Made by a program: the position numbers and the translations under genes
The notes under the pieces: model-generated
What the model was told of the DNA's origin: nothing
Seen by the model: only the letters and a program-made list of their open reading frames with translations
Databases searched by the model: none
From: Burkholderiales bacterium
Lineage (GTDB): Bacteria; Pseudomonadota; Gammaproteobacteria; Burkholderiales; SHXO01
NCBI GenBank assembly: GCA_035501675.1
Contig: DATJVW010000173.1
Location: forward strand, 1-43,399
Direction: 5' to 3'
DNA length: 43,399 nucleotides
Shown here: positions 1 to 8,272 of the stretch, one piece after another
Layout: every line of letters begins with the position of its first letter
Position numbering within the stretch: the first letter of the stretch is position 1

Positions 1-115
1 AGCGGACTCGGCCGATCCGGCCGGACGCCGAAAAGGTCCGGACGGGTTGATACTGCTGGTCCTCGACGTCGCCTACCGTGGCCCGGGGCGCCTGGTAAGG
101 GTTGGCGGTGTGCAT
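1..115 (-). CDS. N-terminal fragment (runs off window) of a DUF805-like inner-membrane protein
   Basis: Reverse complement of 1..115 reads [38 protein letters not shown]. The ATG is at 115..113, preceded by AGGAG (rc of 121-125). The NPYQAP...FS.SGRIGR.RY N-terminus is typical of DUF805 proteins as I remember them. Too short to appear in the ORF track. Confidence 0.4.
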   Translation of the reverse strand, partial: MHTANPYQAPRATVGDVEDQQYQPVRTFSASGRIGRVR

Positions 116-215
116 GGTTTCTCCTGCGACAGTGGTGAAGAGCATGACATCGGCAAGGCCCCAGCGCACTTTAGAGCAGCGTCCTCCCGCGGGCGGCAGC
201 GGGCGGCAAGCCGAC

Positions 216-221
216 TATAAT
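216..221 (+). promoter_or_regulatory. Candidate -10 hexamer (TATAAT) for the liuA array
   Basis: Perfect TATAAT lies 31 nt upstream of the liuA ATG (252). No good TTGACA at 17 bp; that position is occupied by a tandem 10-mer, GCGGGCGGCA x2, at 189..208. Confidence 0.25.
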
Positions 222-251
222 GGAGCCGTCACCTCAAGGAGGGCAGCGGCA

Positions 252-1442
252 ATGAAGCTCAGCGACGCACAGAGCATCCGACCGATTCCCGGTCTCGACT
301 TCGGCCTGGGCGAGACCGTCGACATGCTGCGCGAGACCGTGCATAGCTTTGCCGCCGCGGAAATCGCACCGCGTGCCGCTGCGATCGACCGCGACAACGC
401 GTTCCCCATGGACCTGTGGCGCAAGTTCGGCCAGCTCGGGTTGCTCGGTATTACGGCCGAGGAAGAGTACGGCGGCACCGACATGGGGTATCTCGCACAT
501 ATCGTCGCCGTGGAAGAGATCAGCCGCGCCTCGGCCGCCGTGGGGTTGTCATACGGCGCGCACTCCAATCTCGCCGTGAATCAGATCCGGCGCAACGGCA
601 CCGAGGCGCAGCGGCGTCGTTACCTGCCCCAGCTGATCTCGGGCGAGCATGTGGGCGCGCTGGCCATGAGCGAGCCCAACTCCGGCTCGGACGTGGTCAG
701 CATGAAGCTCACGGCCGAGCGCAGAGGCGACCGCTACCTGCTCAACGGAAACAAGATGTGGATTACCAACGGGCCGGACGCCGACGTGCTCGTGGTCTAC
801 GCCAAGACCGATATCCATGCCGGGCCGAGGGGTATCACCGCGTTCATCGTAGAGAAGGGGTTCAAGGGATTTTCCACCGCGCAGAAGCTGGACAAGCTGG
901 GCATGCGCGGCTCCAACACCTGCGAGTTGGTGTTTCAGGACTGCGAGGTGCCCGCCGACAATGTCCTGGGAGAACAAGACAAGGGCGTGCACGTGCTGAT
1001 GAGCGGGTTGGACTTCGAGCGCGCCGTGCTCGCGGGCGGGCCGCTCGGCCTCATGCAGGCCTGTATGGACGTAGCCGTACCTTATCTGCACGAGCGCAAG
1101 CAGTTCGGCCAGTCCATCGGCGAATTCCAGCTCATGCAGGGCAAGCTGGCCGACATGTACACCACGATGAACGCGTGCAAGGCCTATGTCTACGCCGTCG
1201 GCAAGGCCTGCGACCGCGGCCACGTGACGCGCAAGGACGCCGCAGGCGCGATCCTGTACGCCGCCGAGCGGGCGACATGGATGGCCGGCGAGGCCCTTCA
1301 GTGCCTGGGCGGCAACGGTTATATCAACGAGTACCCGACCGGACGGTTATGGCGCGACGCCAAGCTGTACGAGATCGGGGCCGGCACTTCCGAAATCCGC
1401 CGCTGGCTGATCGGGCGCGAGTTGTTCGACGAAACGAAGTGA
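252..1442 (+). CDS. liuA: Isovaleryl-CoA dehydrogenase
   Basis: ORF 102..1442 trimmed to ATG 252, which has AGGAGG at 236-241. Acyl-CoA dehydrogenase sequence ([26 protein letters not shown]) at IVD-like length (396 aa). Sits with the MCC, hydratase and HMG-CoA lyase genes. Confidence 0.93.
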   Translation: MKLSDAQSIRPIPGLDFGLGETVDMLRETVHSFAAAEIAPRAAAIDRDNAFPMDLWRKFGQLGLLGITAEEEYGGTDMGYLAHIVAVEEISRASAAVGLSYGAHSNLAVNQIRRNGTEAQRRRYLPQLISGEHVGALAMSEPNSGSDVVSMKLTAERRGDRYLLNGNKMWITNGPDADVLVVYAKTDIHAGPRGITAFIVEKGFKGFSTAQKLDKLGMRGSNTCELVFQDCEVPADNVLGEQDKGVHVLMSGLDFERAVLAGGPLGLMQACMDVAVPYLHERKQFGQSIGEFQLMQGKLADMYTTMNACKAYVYAVGKACDRGHVTRKDAAGAILYAAERATWMAGEALQCLGGNGYINEYPTGRLWRDAKLYEIGAGTSEIRRWLIGRELFDETK

Positions 1443-1446
1443 CTGC

Positions 1447-3255
1447 ATGGTCGAGGCCACAGGCTGGGCGCCCTCACGATCGATGACCGAGTTGCTCGCC
1501 CCCTCTACCACGCCCGCGAGCGAGATCGCGTCCGCCGTCGCCCACGCGCTGCTGGAGGGATTCAACAAGCACTACCGTCTGTTCCGCCAGATCAGCCGCG
1601 AGGCCAAAGGCCGTTTCGAGCGCGCCCAGTGGCACGCGGTGCGCGAGGCCCACGCCGAGCGCATCCAGTTCTACGGCGATCGCGTGCTCGAAACCGTGGA
1701 ACGCCTGCAGCGGGACTTCGACACCGCCGCGTTGCCCGACGCGCTGTGGCAGGAGATCAAGCTCCAGTACGTGGCGCTGCTCACCAACCACAGGCAGCCC
1801 GAGCTGGCCGAGACCTTCTTCAACTCGGTGAGCTGCCGCATCCTGCGGCGAACCTACTATCACAACGATTTCATGTTCGTGCGCCCAGCGGTTTCCACCG
1901 AATACATGGAATCGGACCCGCCGGTGTATCGCAGCTATTACCCGCTCCAGGACCGGCTGCGTGCGGTGCTGCGCCAGATCCTGCGCGATCACGACCTCAA
2001 ACGCCCATTCGCCGACCTGCAGCGGGATATGCGTTACGTGCTGCGCGCGGTCAGGCTTGCGCTTCCGCGGCCGCTGCGGTTGGAGGCGAACCATCAGATC
2101 CAGGTGCTGAGTGCGCTGTTCTACCGCAACCAGCGCGCCTACATGATCGGCAAGATCGTCAACGGCAGCATCGAGTTGCCGTTCGCGGTCCCTATCGTGC
2201 ACGCAGGCGACGGCGCGGGCTTGAGCCTCGACGCCATTCTTCTCGACTCGCGCGAGATTGCGCTGCTGTTCGCATTCAGCCGGGCCTACTTCATGGTGGA
2301 CATGGAGGTGCCGTCGGCCTATGTCGAGTTCCTGGCCAGCATGTTGCCGGGCAAGCCCCGGGCCGAGCTGTACACTTCGCTCGGCCTGCAGAAGCATGGA
2401 AAGACGCTTTTCTACCGCGACTTCCTGCACCACCTCAAGCATTCGACGGACGACTTCGTCATCGCGCCCGGCATCCGGGGGCTGGTCATGATCGTGTTCA
2501 CCCTGCCTTCCTATCCGTACGTGTTCAAGGTGATCCGCGACGCGATCTCGCCCGTCAAGAACATCGACCGGCAGACGGTCCAGGACAAGTACATGCTGGT
2601 CAAGCGCCACGACCGCGTCGGACGCATGGCGGACACGCTGGAGTACAAGGATGTCGCTTTCCCCCGGCTGCGGTTCGATCCGGCGCTGATCGCCGAGCTC
2701 AAACGCGAGGCCCCGTCCGTGGTGGAAGAGGAGGACGACACGCTGATCGTCAAGCACCTCTATATCGAGCGGCGCATGACGCCGCTCAACCTCTACCTCG
2801 ATCGGGGCAGCCAGGAACAGGTGCGCCACGCGGTGCGCGACTACGGCAACGCCATCAAGGAGCTGGCCTCGGTCAACATCTTCCCCGGTGACATGCTGTT
2901 CAAGAACTTCGGCGTCACGCGCGGAGCGCGGGTGGTTTTCTACGATTACGACGAGATCGCTTATATGATGGACGTGAGCTTCAGGCGCATACCCGCGCCG
3001 CGCACGCCGGAAGACGAGATGTCCGCGGAGCCTTGGTATGCGGTGGCGCAAAACGATGTCTTTCCGGAGGAGTTCGGGCCCTTCCTGCTCTCCGGAGACG
3101 GGGTGCGCGAGAGCTTTCTCGAGCATCACGCCGACCTGCTGTTGCCGGATTTCTGGAATGCGACCAAGGCGCGCATCGCCGCGGGGCACATCGCCGATGT
3201 CTTCCCGTATCCGGAGTCGGCGCGCTTTGCTCGCCGCTTCGGCGCACGCACTTAG
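1447..3255 (+). CDS. aceK: Isocitrate dehydrogenase kinase/phosphatase
   Basis: 602-aa ORF. N-terminal LEGFNKHYRLFRQ and overall length are typical of AceK. The ATG is 4 nt after the liuA stop. An alternative ATG at 1483 cannot be excluded. Confidence 0.88.
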   Translation: MVEATGWAPSRSMTELLAPSTTPASEIASAVAHALLEGFNKHYRLFRQISREAKGRFERAQWHAVREAHAERIQFYGDRVLETVERLQRDFDTAALPDALWQEIKLQYVALLTNHRQPELAETFFNSVSCRILRRTYYHNDFMFVRPAVSTEYMESDPPVYRSYYPLQDRLRAVLRQILRDHDLKRPFADLQRDMRYVLRAVRLALPRPLRLEANHQIQVLSALFYRNQRAYMIGKIVNGSIELPFAVPIVHAGDGAGLSLDAILLDSREIALLFAFSRAYFMVDMEVPSAYVEFLASMLPGKPRAELYTSLGLQKHGKTLFYRDFLHHLKHSTDDFVIAPGIRGLVMIVFTLPSYPYVFKVIRDAISPVKNIDRQTVQDKYMLVKRHDRVGRMADTLEYKDVAFPRLRFDPALIAELKREAPSVVEEEDDTLIVKHLYIERRMTPLNLYLDRGSQEQVRHAVRDYGNAIKELASVNIFPGDMLFKNFGVTRGARVVFYDYDEIAYMMDVSFRRIPAPRTPEDEMSAEPWYAVAQNDVFPEEFGPFLLSGDGVRESFLEHHADLLLPDFWNATKARIAAGHIADVFPYPESARFARRFGART

Positions 3256-3346
3256 GACCCAGCATGCCTTGGCGAAGCAGCGGAGCACTGGAGCTTAAGT
3301 TGCCGGGCACGGCCCTGTGCGCCTCCCAACTCAAGGAAACCTTGCC

Positions 3347-4531
3347 ATGAACCAGGATCCCGTGGTCATCGTCGGCGCCGCCCGCACACCGATGGGCGCT
3401 TTGCAGGGTGAATTGAAGGACTTCACGGCCCCCGAGCTCGGCGCGGTCGCGATCCGCGCGGGCGTCGAGCGGTCGAGGTTGCAGCCCACGGACGTGCAAG
3501 AAGTGATCATGGGCTGCGTGTTGCCGGGCGGGCAGGGGCAGGCGCCCGCCCGCCAGGCGAGCTTGGGAGCCGGCTTGCCGCTGGCGACTGGCTGCACCAC
3601 GGTCAACAAGATGTGCGGCTCGGGGATGAAGGCGGCCATGCTGGCCCATGACCTGCTGCTGGCCGGCAGCAACGAAGTCATGGTCGCGGGCGGCATGGAG
3701 AGCATGACCAACGCCCCGTACCTGCTGCCCAGGGCGCGCGCCGGTTACCGGATGGGTCACCAGCACGTCATCGATCACATGTTCCTGGACGGCCTCGAGG
3801 ACGCCTATGACAAGGGCCGCTTGATGGGCGCCTTCGCGGAGGACTGCGCGGCCCAGTGCGGCTTCACACGCGCGGAGCAGGACGCCTTCGCGGTGAGATC
3901 CCTGGAGCGCGCCCGCAGGGCCAACGACGAGGGCTGGTTCGCGTGGGAGATGGTGCCAGTGGCGCTCAAAGGGGGCAAAGGCGATCGCTTCATGGACAAG
4001 GACGAGCAGCCGTTCAAAGCCAACCTCGAGAAGATCCCGCAACTCAAGCCCGCCTTCCGGAAGGACGGCACCGTGACGGCGGCGAACTCGAGCTCCATCT
4101 CCGACGGCGCGGCCGCGCTGGTGCTGATGCGCCGCTCGGCCGCCCGGAAGCGAGGGGTCACGCCGTTGGCCAGCATCGTGGCCCACAGCACGCACGCCCA
4201 GGAGCCGGCCTGGTTCACCACCGCGCCGGTGGGTGCGATCCGCAAGGTGTTCGACGTCACAGGCTGGACCGCCGACAGCGTGGACTTGTACGAGATCAAC
4301 GAAGCGTTCGCGGTGGTGACGCTGGCGGCGATGCGGGAGCACCATTTGCAGGACCAAAGGGTGAACGTGCACGGCGGCGCCTGCGCGCTGGGACATCCGA
4401 TCGGTGCTTCCGGGGCGCGCATCCTGGTGACGTTGATCGGCGCACTGCGACACCATGGTCTCAGGCGCGGTGTGGCAGCGTTGTGCATCGGTGGCGGCGA
4501 GGCCACCGCGATGGCCATCGAAGTCCAATGA
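3347..4531 (+). CDS. Acetyl-CoA C-acetyltransferase (thiolase II)
   Basis: ORF 3317..4531 trimmed to ATG 3347 (MNQDPVVIVGAARTPMG). Thiolase motifs present: NKMCGSGMKA, and GGGEATAMAIE at the C-terminus. Confidence 0.92.
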   Translation: MNQDPVVIVGAARTPMGALQGELKDFTAPELGAVAIRAGVERSRLQPTDVQEVIMGCVLPGGQGQAPARQASLGAGLPLATGCTTVNKMCGSGMKAAMLAHDLLLAGSNEVMVAGGMESMTNAPYLLPRARAGYRMGHQHVIDHMFLDGLEDAYDKGRLMGAFAEDCAAQCGFTRAEQDAFAVRSLERARRANDEGWFAWEMVPVALKGGKGDRFMDKDEQPFKANLEKIPQLKPAFRKDGTVTAANSSSISDGAAALVLMRRSAARKRGVTPLASIVAHSTHAQEPAWFTTAPVGAIRKVFDVTGWTADSVDLYEINEAFAVVTLAAMREHHLQDQRVNVHGGACALGHPIGASGARILVTLIGALRHHGLRRGVAALCIGGGEATAMAIEVQ

Positions 4532-4627
4532 CCCGCGCAGGGCTGAGCCGGGCACCGAAATGAGCACGCGCATCGGTCTTGTAGGGGCGTCGTCGGGGAT
4601 CGGCTGCGAGTCCTCCCCCGGAAAGGC

Positions 4628-5239
4628 GTGAAAGCGGTGCCGGACCCGATCGAATTCTATTTCGACTTCTCGTCGCCGTACGGCTATTTCGGGGCGACGA
4701 GAATCTCGCAGCTCGCCGCCAACTATGGCCGTGCCCTGGTGTGGCGGCCGTTTCTGCTCGGCGCCGTGTTCAAGGTGACAGGGAGCGGGCCGCTGCCCTC
4801 CGTGCCCCTCAAAGGACCGTACAGCAAGCACGACATGTCGCGCTGCGCGCGCTTCCTCGACATACCGTTCACCTTTCCGGACCCTTTCCCGATCAGCACG
4901 CAAGCGCCGGCGCGCGCGATCTACTGGCTGGAGCAACGCGCCCCGCAGCGCATCGAGGCTGCCGTCCTCGCCCTGTACCGGGCTTATTTTGTCGACGGGC
5001 GGGACATCTCGAGCCCGCAGACCACAGCCGATGTGCTGGCGACCTTGGGGCTGGACGGCGCCGAAGTGCTTGCTGCAGTCGGCGAGCCCGCGCTCAAGGA
5101 GCGGCTGCGCAACGAGACCCAGACCGCCGTGGAGCGCGGGGTGTTCGGCTCGCCCTATGTCTTCGTCGACGGTGAACCGTTCTGGGGCCACGATCGCCTG
5201 GACCAGGTCGAGCGCTGGCTCAAGACCGGCGGATTCTGA
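4628..5239 (+). CDS. 2-hydroxychromene-2-carboxylate isomerase family (DsbA-like thioredoxin fold) protein
   Basis: GTG start. IEFYFDFSSPYGYF near the N-terminus and GVFGSPYVFVDGEPFWGHDRL near the C-terminus are characteristic of the HCCA isomerase / DsbA-like family. Confidence 0.8.
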   Translation: MKAVPDPIEFYFDFSSPYGYFGATRISQLAANYGRALVWRPFLLGAVFKVTGSGPLPSVPLKGPYSKHDMSRCARFLDIPFTFPDPFPISTQAPARAIYWLEQRAPQRIEAAVLALYRAYFVDGRDISSPQTTADVLATLGLDGAEVLAAVGEPALKERLRNETQTAVERGVFGSPYVFVDGEPFWGHDRLDQVERWLKTGGF

Positions 5240-5249
5240 GGTGCGGCCG

Positions 5250-5840
5250 ATGCATCGCTTATCTGCCGTGTGCGTATTCTGCGGCTCCAACCCCGGAGCA
5301 GACCCGGCCTATGCCGAGAGCGCGCGCCGCATGGGCCAGACTCTGGCCGATCGCGGTGTCACGCTGGTCTATGGCGGCGGACGAGTGGGTCTCATGGGGG
5401 CGCTCGCGGATGCGGCGCTCGAGGCCGGCGGCAGAGTCATCGGCGTCATCCCGGAAGCCCTCAGACGCCGGGAGGTCGCGCACGAAAGACTGACGCAGTT
5501 GCGCGTGGTGCAGACCATGCACGAGCGCAAGCAGCTCATGGCCGATCTGTCCGATGGTTTCATCGCGATGCCGGGGGGCTTCGGCACGTTCGAGGAGTTC
5601 TGCGAGGTCCTGACCTGGTCCCAGCTGGGCATGCATGCCAAACCCTGCGGGCTGCTCAATGTGAAGAGCTACTACGCGGGCCTGCTCGCTTTGTTCGATC
5701 ACGCGGTCGCCGAGCAACTGCTCCATCCGCGCAACCGTGCGATGGTGATCGCGGACTCCGAGCCGAAGCCCCTGCTCGAAGCCATGATCCGGTATCGTGC
5801 GCCGGCGGTCGAGAAATGGCTCACGGCCGAGACGACCTGA
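5250..5840 (+). CDS. LOG family protein (TIGR00730, nucleotide 5'-monophosphate nucleosidase / 'lysine decarboxylase-like')
   Basis: ORF 4989..5840 trimmed to ATG 5250 (MHRLSAVCVFCGS). Carries the YGGGRVGLMG and PGGFGTFEEF motifs. The frame upstream of 5250 overlaps the preceding gene. Confidence 0.85.
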   Translation: MHRLSAVCVFCGSNPGADPAYAESARRMGQTLADRGVTLVYGGGRVGLMGALADAALEAGGRVIGVIPEALRRREVAHERLTQLRVVQTMHERKQLMADLSDGFIAMPGGFGTFEEFCEVLTWSQLGMHAKPCGLLNVKSYYAGLLALFDHAVAEQLLHPRNRAMVIADSEPKPLLEAMIRYRAPAVEKWLTAETT

Positions 5841-5849
5841 CGCGCTCAG

Positions 5850-7457
5850 ATGCCGGTCATCAGCTCGAAGCTCGATGCGCGCAGCGCCCTTTACCAGAGC
5901 AGCGCCCTCGGCATGGCGCGGCTGATCGCGGATCTGCGCGAGAAAGTGGCGATCGTTGCACAGGGCGGCGGCGAGGCGGCGCGTGAGAAGCATTTGGCGC
6001 GCGGCAAGCTGCTGCCTCGCGAACGCGTGCGCACGTTGCTCGACGTGGGCTCGCCATTCCTGGAGCTGTCGCAAATCGCAGCCTGGGGCATGTATGACAA
6101 TCAAGTGCCCTCGGCGGGCATCATCACCGGCATCGGCCGGGTGAGCGGCAGGGAATGCGTGGTGGTGGCCAACGACGCCACGGTCAAAGGCGGGACCTAC
6201 TACCCGGTCACGGTGAAGAAACACCTGCGCGCGCAAGAAATCGCGCAACAGAACCGCTTGCCTTGCATCTACCTGGTCGACTCGGGCGGGGCCAACCTGC
6301 CCAACCAGGACGAGGTGTTCCCGGATCGCGACCACTTCGGCCGCATCTTTTACAACCAGGCCAACCTGTCGGCGCTGGGGATTGCGCAGATTGCGGTGGT
6401 GATGGGCTCGTGCACTGCCGGGGGCGCCTACGTACCGGCGATGTCCGATGAGGCCGTCATCGTTCGCAATCAAGGGACGATCTTTCTGGGCGGGCCGCCG
6501 CTGGTGAAGGCAGCGATCGGCGAAGTCGTGACGGCCGAGGAGCTGGGCGGGGCCGACGTCCACACGCGCGTGTCGGGCGTGGCCGATCACTATGCGCTCA
6601 ACGATCTGCACGCGCTGCAGATGACGCGCCGCATCGTGGCTCACCTCAATCGCCGCAAGCGCGTCGCACTCGATACGCGCGAGCCGCGGGAGCCGGCGCT
6701 CGACCCCTCCGAGTTGCTTGGCGTGATCCCCACCGACCCGCGCAAGCCGTTCGAGGTGCGCGAGATCGTGGGTCGCATCGTAGACGCCAGCGAGCTCGAC
6801 GAGTTCAAGCCGCTGTACGGCACGACGCTGGTGTGCGGCTTTGCCCACATCTGCGGCTATCCCGTGGGCATCGTGGCCAACAACGGCATCCTGTTCTCGG
6901 AGTCCGCGCTCAAGGGCACTCACTTCATCGAGCTTTGCAGCCAGCGCGGCATACCGCTGGTGTTCCTGCAGAACATCACCGGGTTTATGGTCGGCAGGAA
7001 ATACGAAGCCGGCGGCATCGCCAAAGATGGGGCGAAGATGGTCACCGCCGTAGCCTGCTCCAAGGTGCCCAAGTTCACGGTGATCGTCGGCGGCAGTTTC
7101 GGCGCGGGCAACTACGGCATGTGCGGGCGGGCCTACGGGCCGAGGTTTCTGTGGATGTGGCCCAACGCCCGCATCTCCGTGATGGGCGGTGAGCAGGCGG
7201 CGGCCGTGCTGGCTACGGTGAAGCGCGAGGGTCTGGAGAGGGCGGGCAAGGGCTGGAGCGAGGAAGACGAGCGGGCCTTCAAGGCGCCCATCCTCGAGCA
7301 GTACGAGACCCAGGGCCATCCCTACTACGCGAGCGCGCGGCTGTGGGACGACGGGGTGATCGATCCGCTCGAGACGCGCCGTGTCTTGGCGCTGGGCATT
7401 TCAGCCAGCCTCAATGCGCCCGTGGAAAGCACGACGTTCGGCGTATTTCGGATGTAG
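5850..7457 (+). CDS. liuB: 3-methylcrotonyl-CoA carboxylase, carboxyltransferase (beta) subunit
   Basis: 535-aa ORF with an acyl-CoA carboxylase carboxyltransferase domain. Context with liuA, liuC, liuD and liuE. Confidence 0.92.
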   Translation: MPVISSKLDARSALYQSSALGMARLIADLREKVAIVAQGGGEAAREKHLARGKLLPRERVRTLLDVGSPFLELSQIAAWGMYDNQVPSAGIITGIGRVSGRECVVVANDATVKGGTYYPVTVKKHLRAQEIAQQNRLPCIYLVDSGGANLPNQDEVFPDRDHFGRIFYNQANLSALGIAQIAVVMGSCTAGGAYVPAMSDEAVIVRNQGTIFLGGPPLVKAAIGEVVTAEELGGADVHTRVSGVADHYALNDLHALQMTRRIVAHLNRRKRVALDTREPREPALDPSELLGVIPTDPRKPFEVREIVGRIVDASELDEFKPLYGTTLVCGFAHICGYPVGIVANNGILFSESALKGTHFIELCSQRGIPLVFLQNITGFMVGRKYEAGGIAKDGAKMVTAVACSKVPKFTVIVGGSFGAGNYGMCGRAYGPRFLWMWPNARISVMGGEQAAAVLATVKREGLERAGKGWSEEDERAFKAPILEQYETQGHPYYASARLWDDGVIDPLETRRVLALGISASLNAPVESTTFGVFRM

Positions 7458-7459
7458 CG

Positions 7460-8263
7460 ATGGCGACGAACCCGCAGGCCATACAGCTGAGCATCGGCCC
7501 GACCGGGGTCGCCACCGTGACCCTGGATCGTCCCGGGGTGCACAACGCCTTCGACGACCATCTCATCGCCGAGCTCACGCACAAGCTGCGCGATGTCGAC
7601 CATAATCCGGCCGTACGCGCAGTCGTTCTGGCGGCGCAGGGCAAGAGTTTCTCCGCCGGCGCCGACCTCAATTGGATGAAACGCGTTGCCCGCTACTCCG
7701 AGGCGGATAACATCCGCGATGCCGTGGCGCTGGCGAGCCTGATGCGTACGTTGGACGCTATGGCCAAGCCCACGATCGCCCGCGTGCAGGGCGCGGCCTT
7801 CGGCGGCGGCGTGGGGCTGGTCGCCTGCTGCGACATCGCGGTGGCCAGCACGGCCGCGACGTTCTCGCTCTCCGAGGTGCGCCTGGGCTTGATCCCGGCC
7901 GTGATCAGCCCCTACGTCATCCGGGCGATCGGCAGCCGCAACGCGAGGCGCTATTTTCTGACCGGCGAGCGCTTCGACGCCGGCGAGGCCCTGCGCATCG
8001 GGTTGGTTCACAGCGCGGTCGAAGACGGCGAGCTGGACCGCGCCGTCGAGCGCATTCTCGACGAGCTGCTCAAGGGTGGGCCGAAGGCCATCACCGCCGC
8101 GAAGAACCTCATCGCTCACATAGCCCATCGGCCGATGGACCAACTGCTGGCCGAAGAGACCGCAGCGCGAATCGCACAGATCCGCGTCAGCCCAGAGGGG
8201 CAAGAAGGCATCGCCGCCTTTCTCGACAAGCGCCCCGCGGGGTGGATCAAGGCCAAGGACTAG
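7460..8263 (+). CDS. liuC: Methylglutaconyl-CoA hydratase (enoyl-CoA hydratase/crotonase family)
   Basis: ORF 7343..8263 trimmed to ATG 7460, 2 nt after the liuB stop. Crotonase-fold sequence (FSAGADLNWM, GAAFGGGVGL). Positioned between the two MCC subunits. Confidence 0.85.
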   Translation: MATNPQAIQLSIGPTGVATVTLDRPGVHNAFDDHLIAELTHKLRDVDHNPAVRAVVLAAQGKSFSAGADLNWMKRVARYSEADNIRDAVALASLMRTLDAMAKPTIARVQGAAFGGGVGLVACCDIAVASTAATFSLSEVRLGLIPAVISPYVIRAIGSRNARRYFLTGERFDAGEALRIGLVHSAVEDGELDRAVERILDELLKGGPKAITAAKNLIAHIAHRPMDQLLAEETAARIAQIRVSPEGQEGIAAFLDKRPAGWIKAKD

Positions 8264-8272
8264 ACCGCTCGG

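Noticed and set aside
1474-3288. 604-aa ORF on the - strand that mirrors aceK almost end to end
   Set aside because: It is antisense to a confidently recognisable AceK. The translated sequence is Arg/Ala/Gly/His-rich low-information text with no family resemblance. Long antisense ORFs are expected at this GC content because stop codons are AT-rich.
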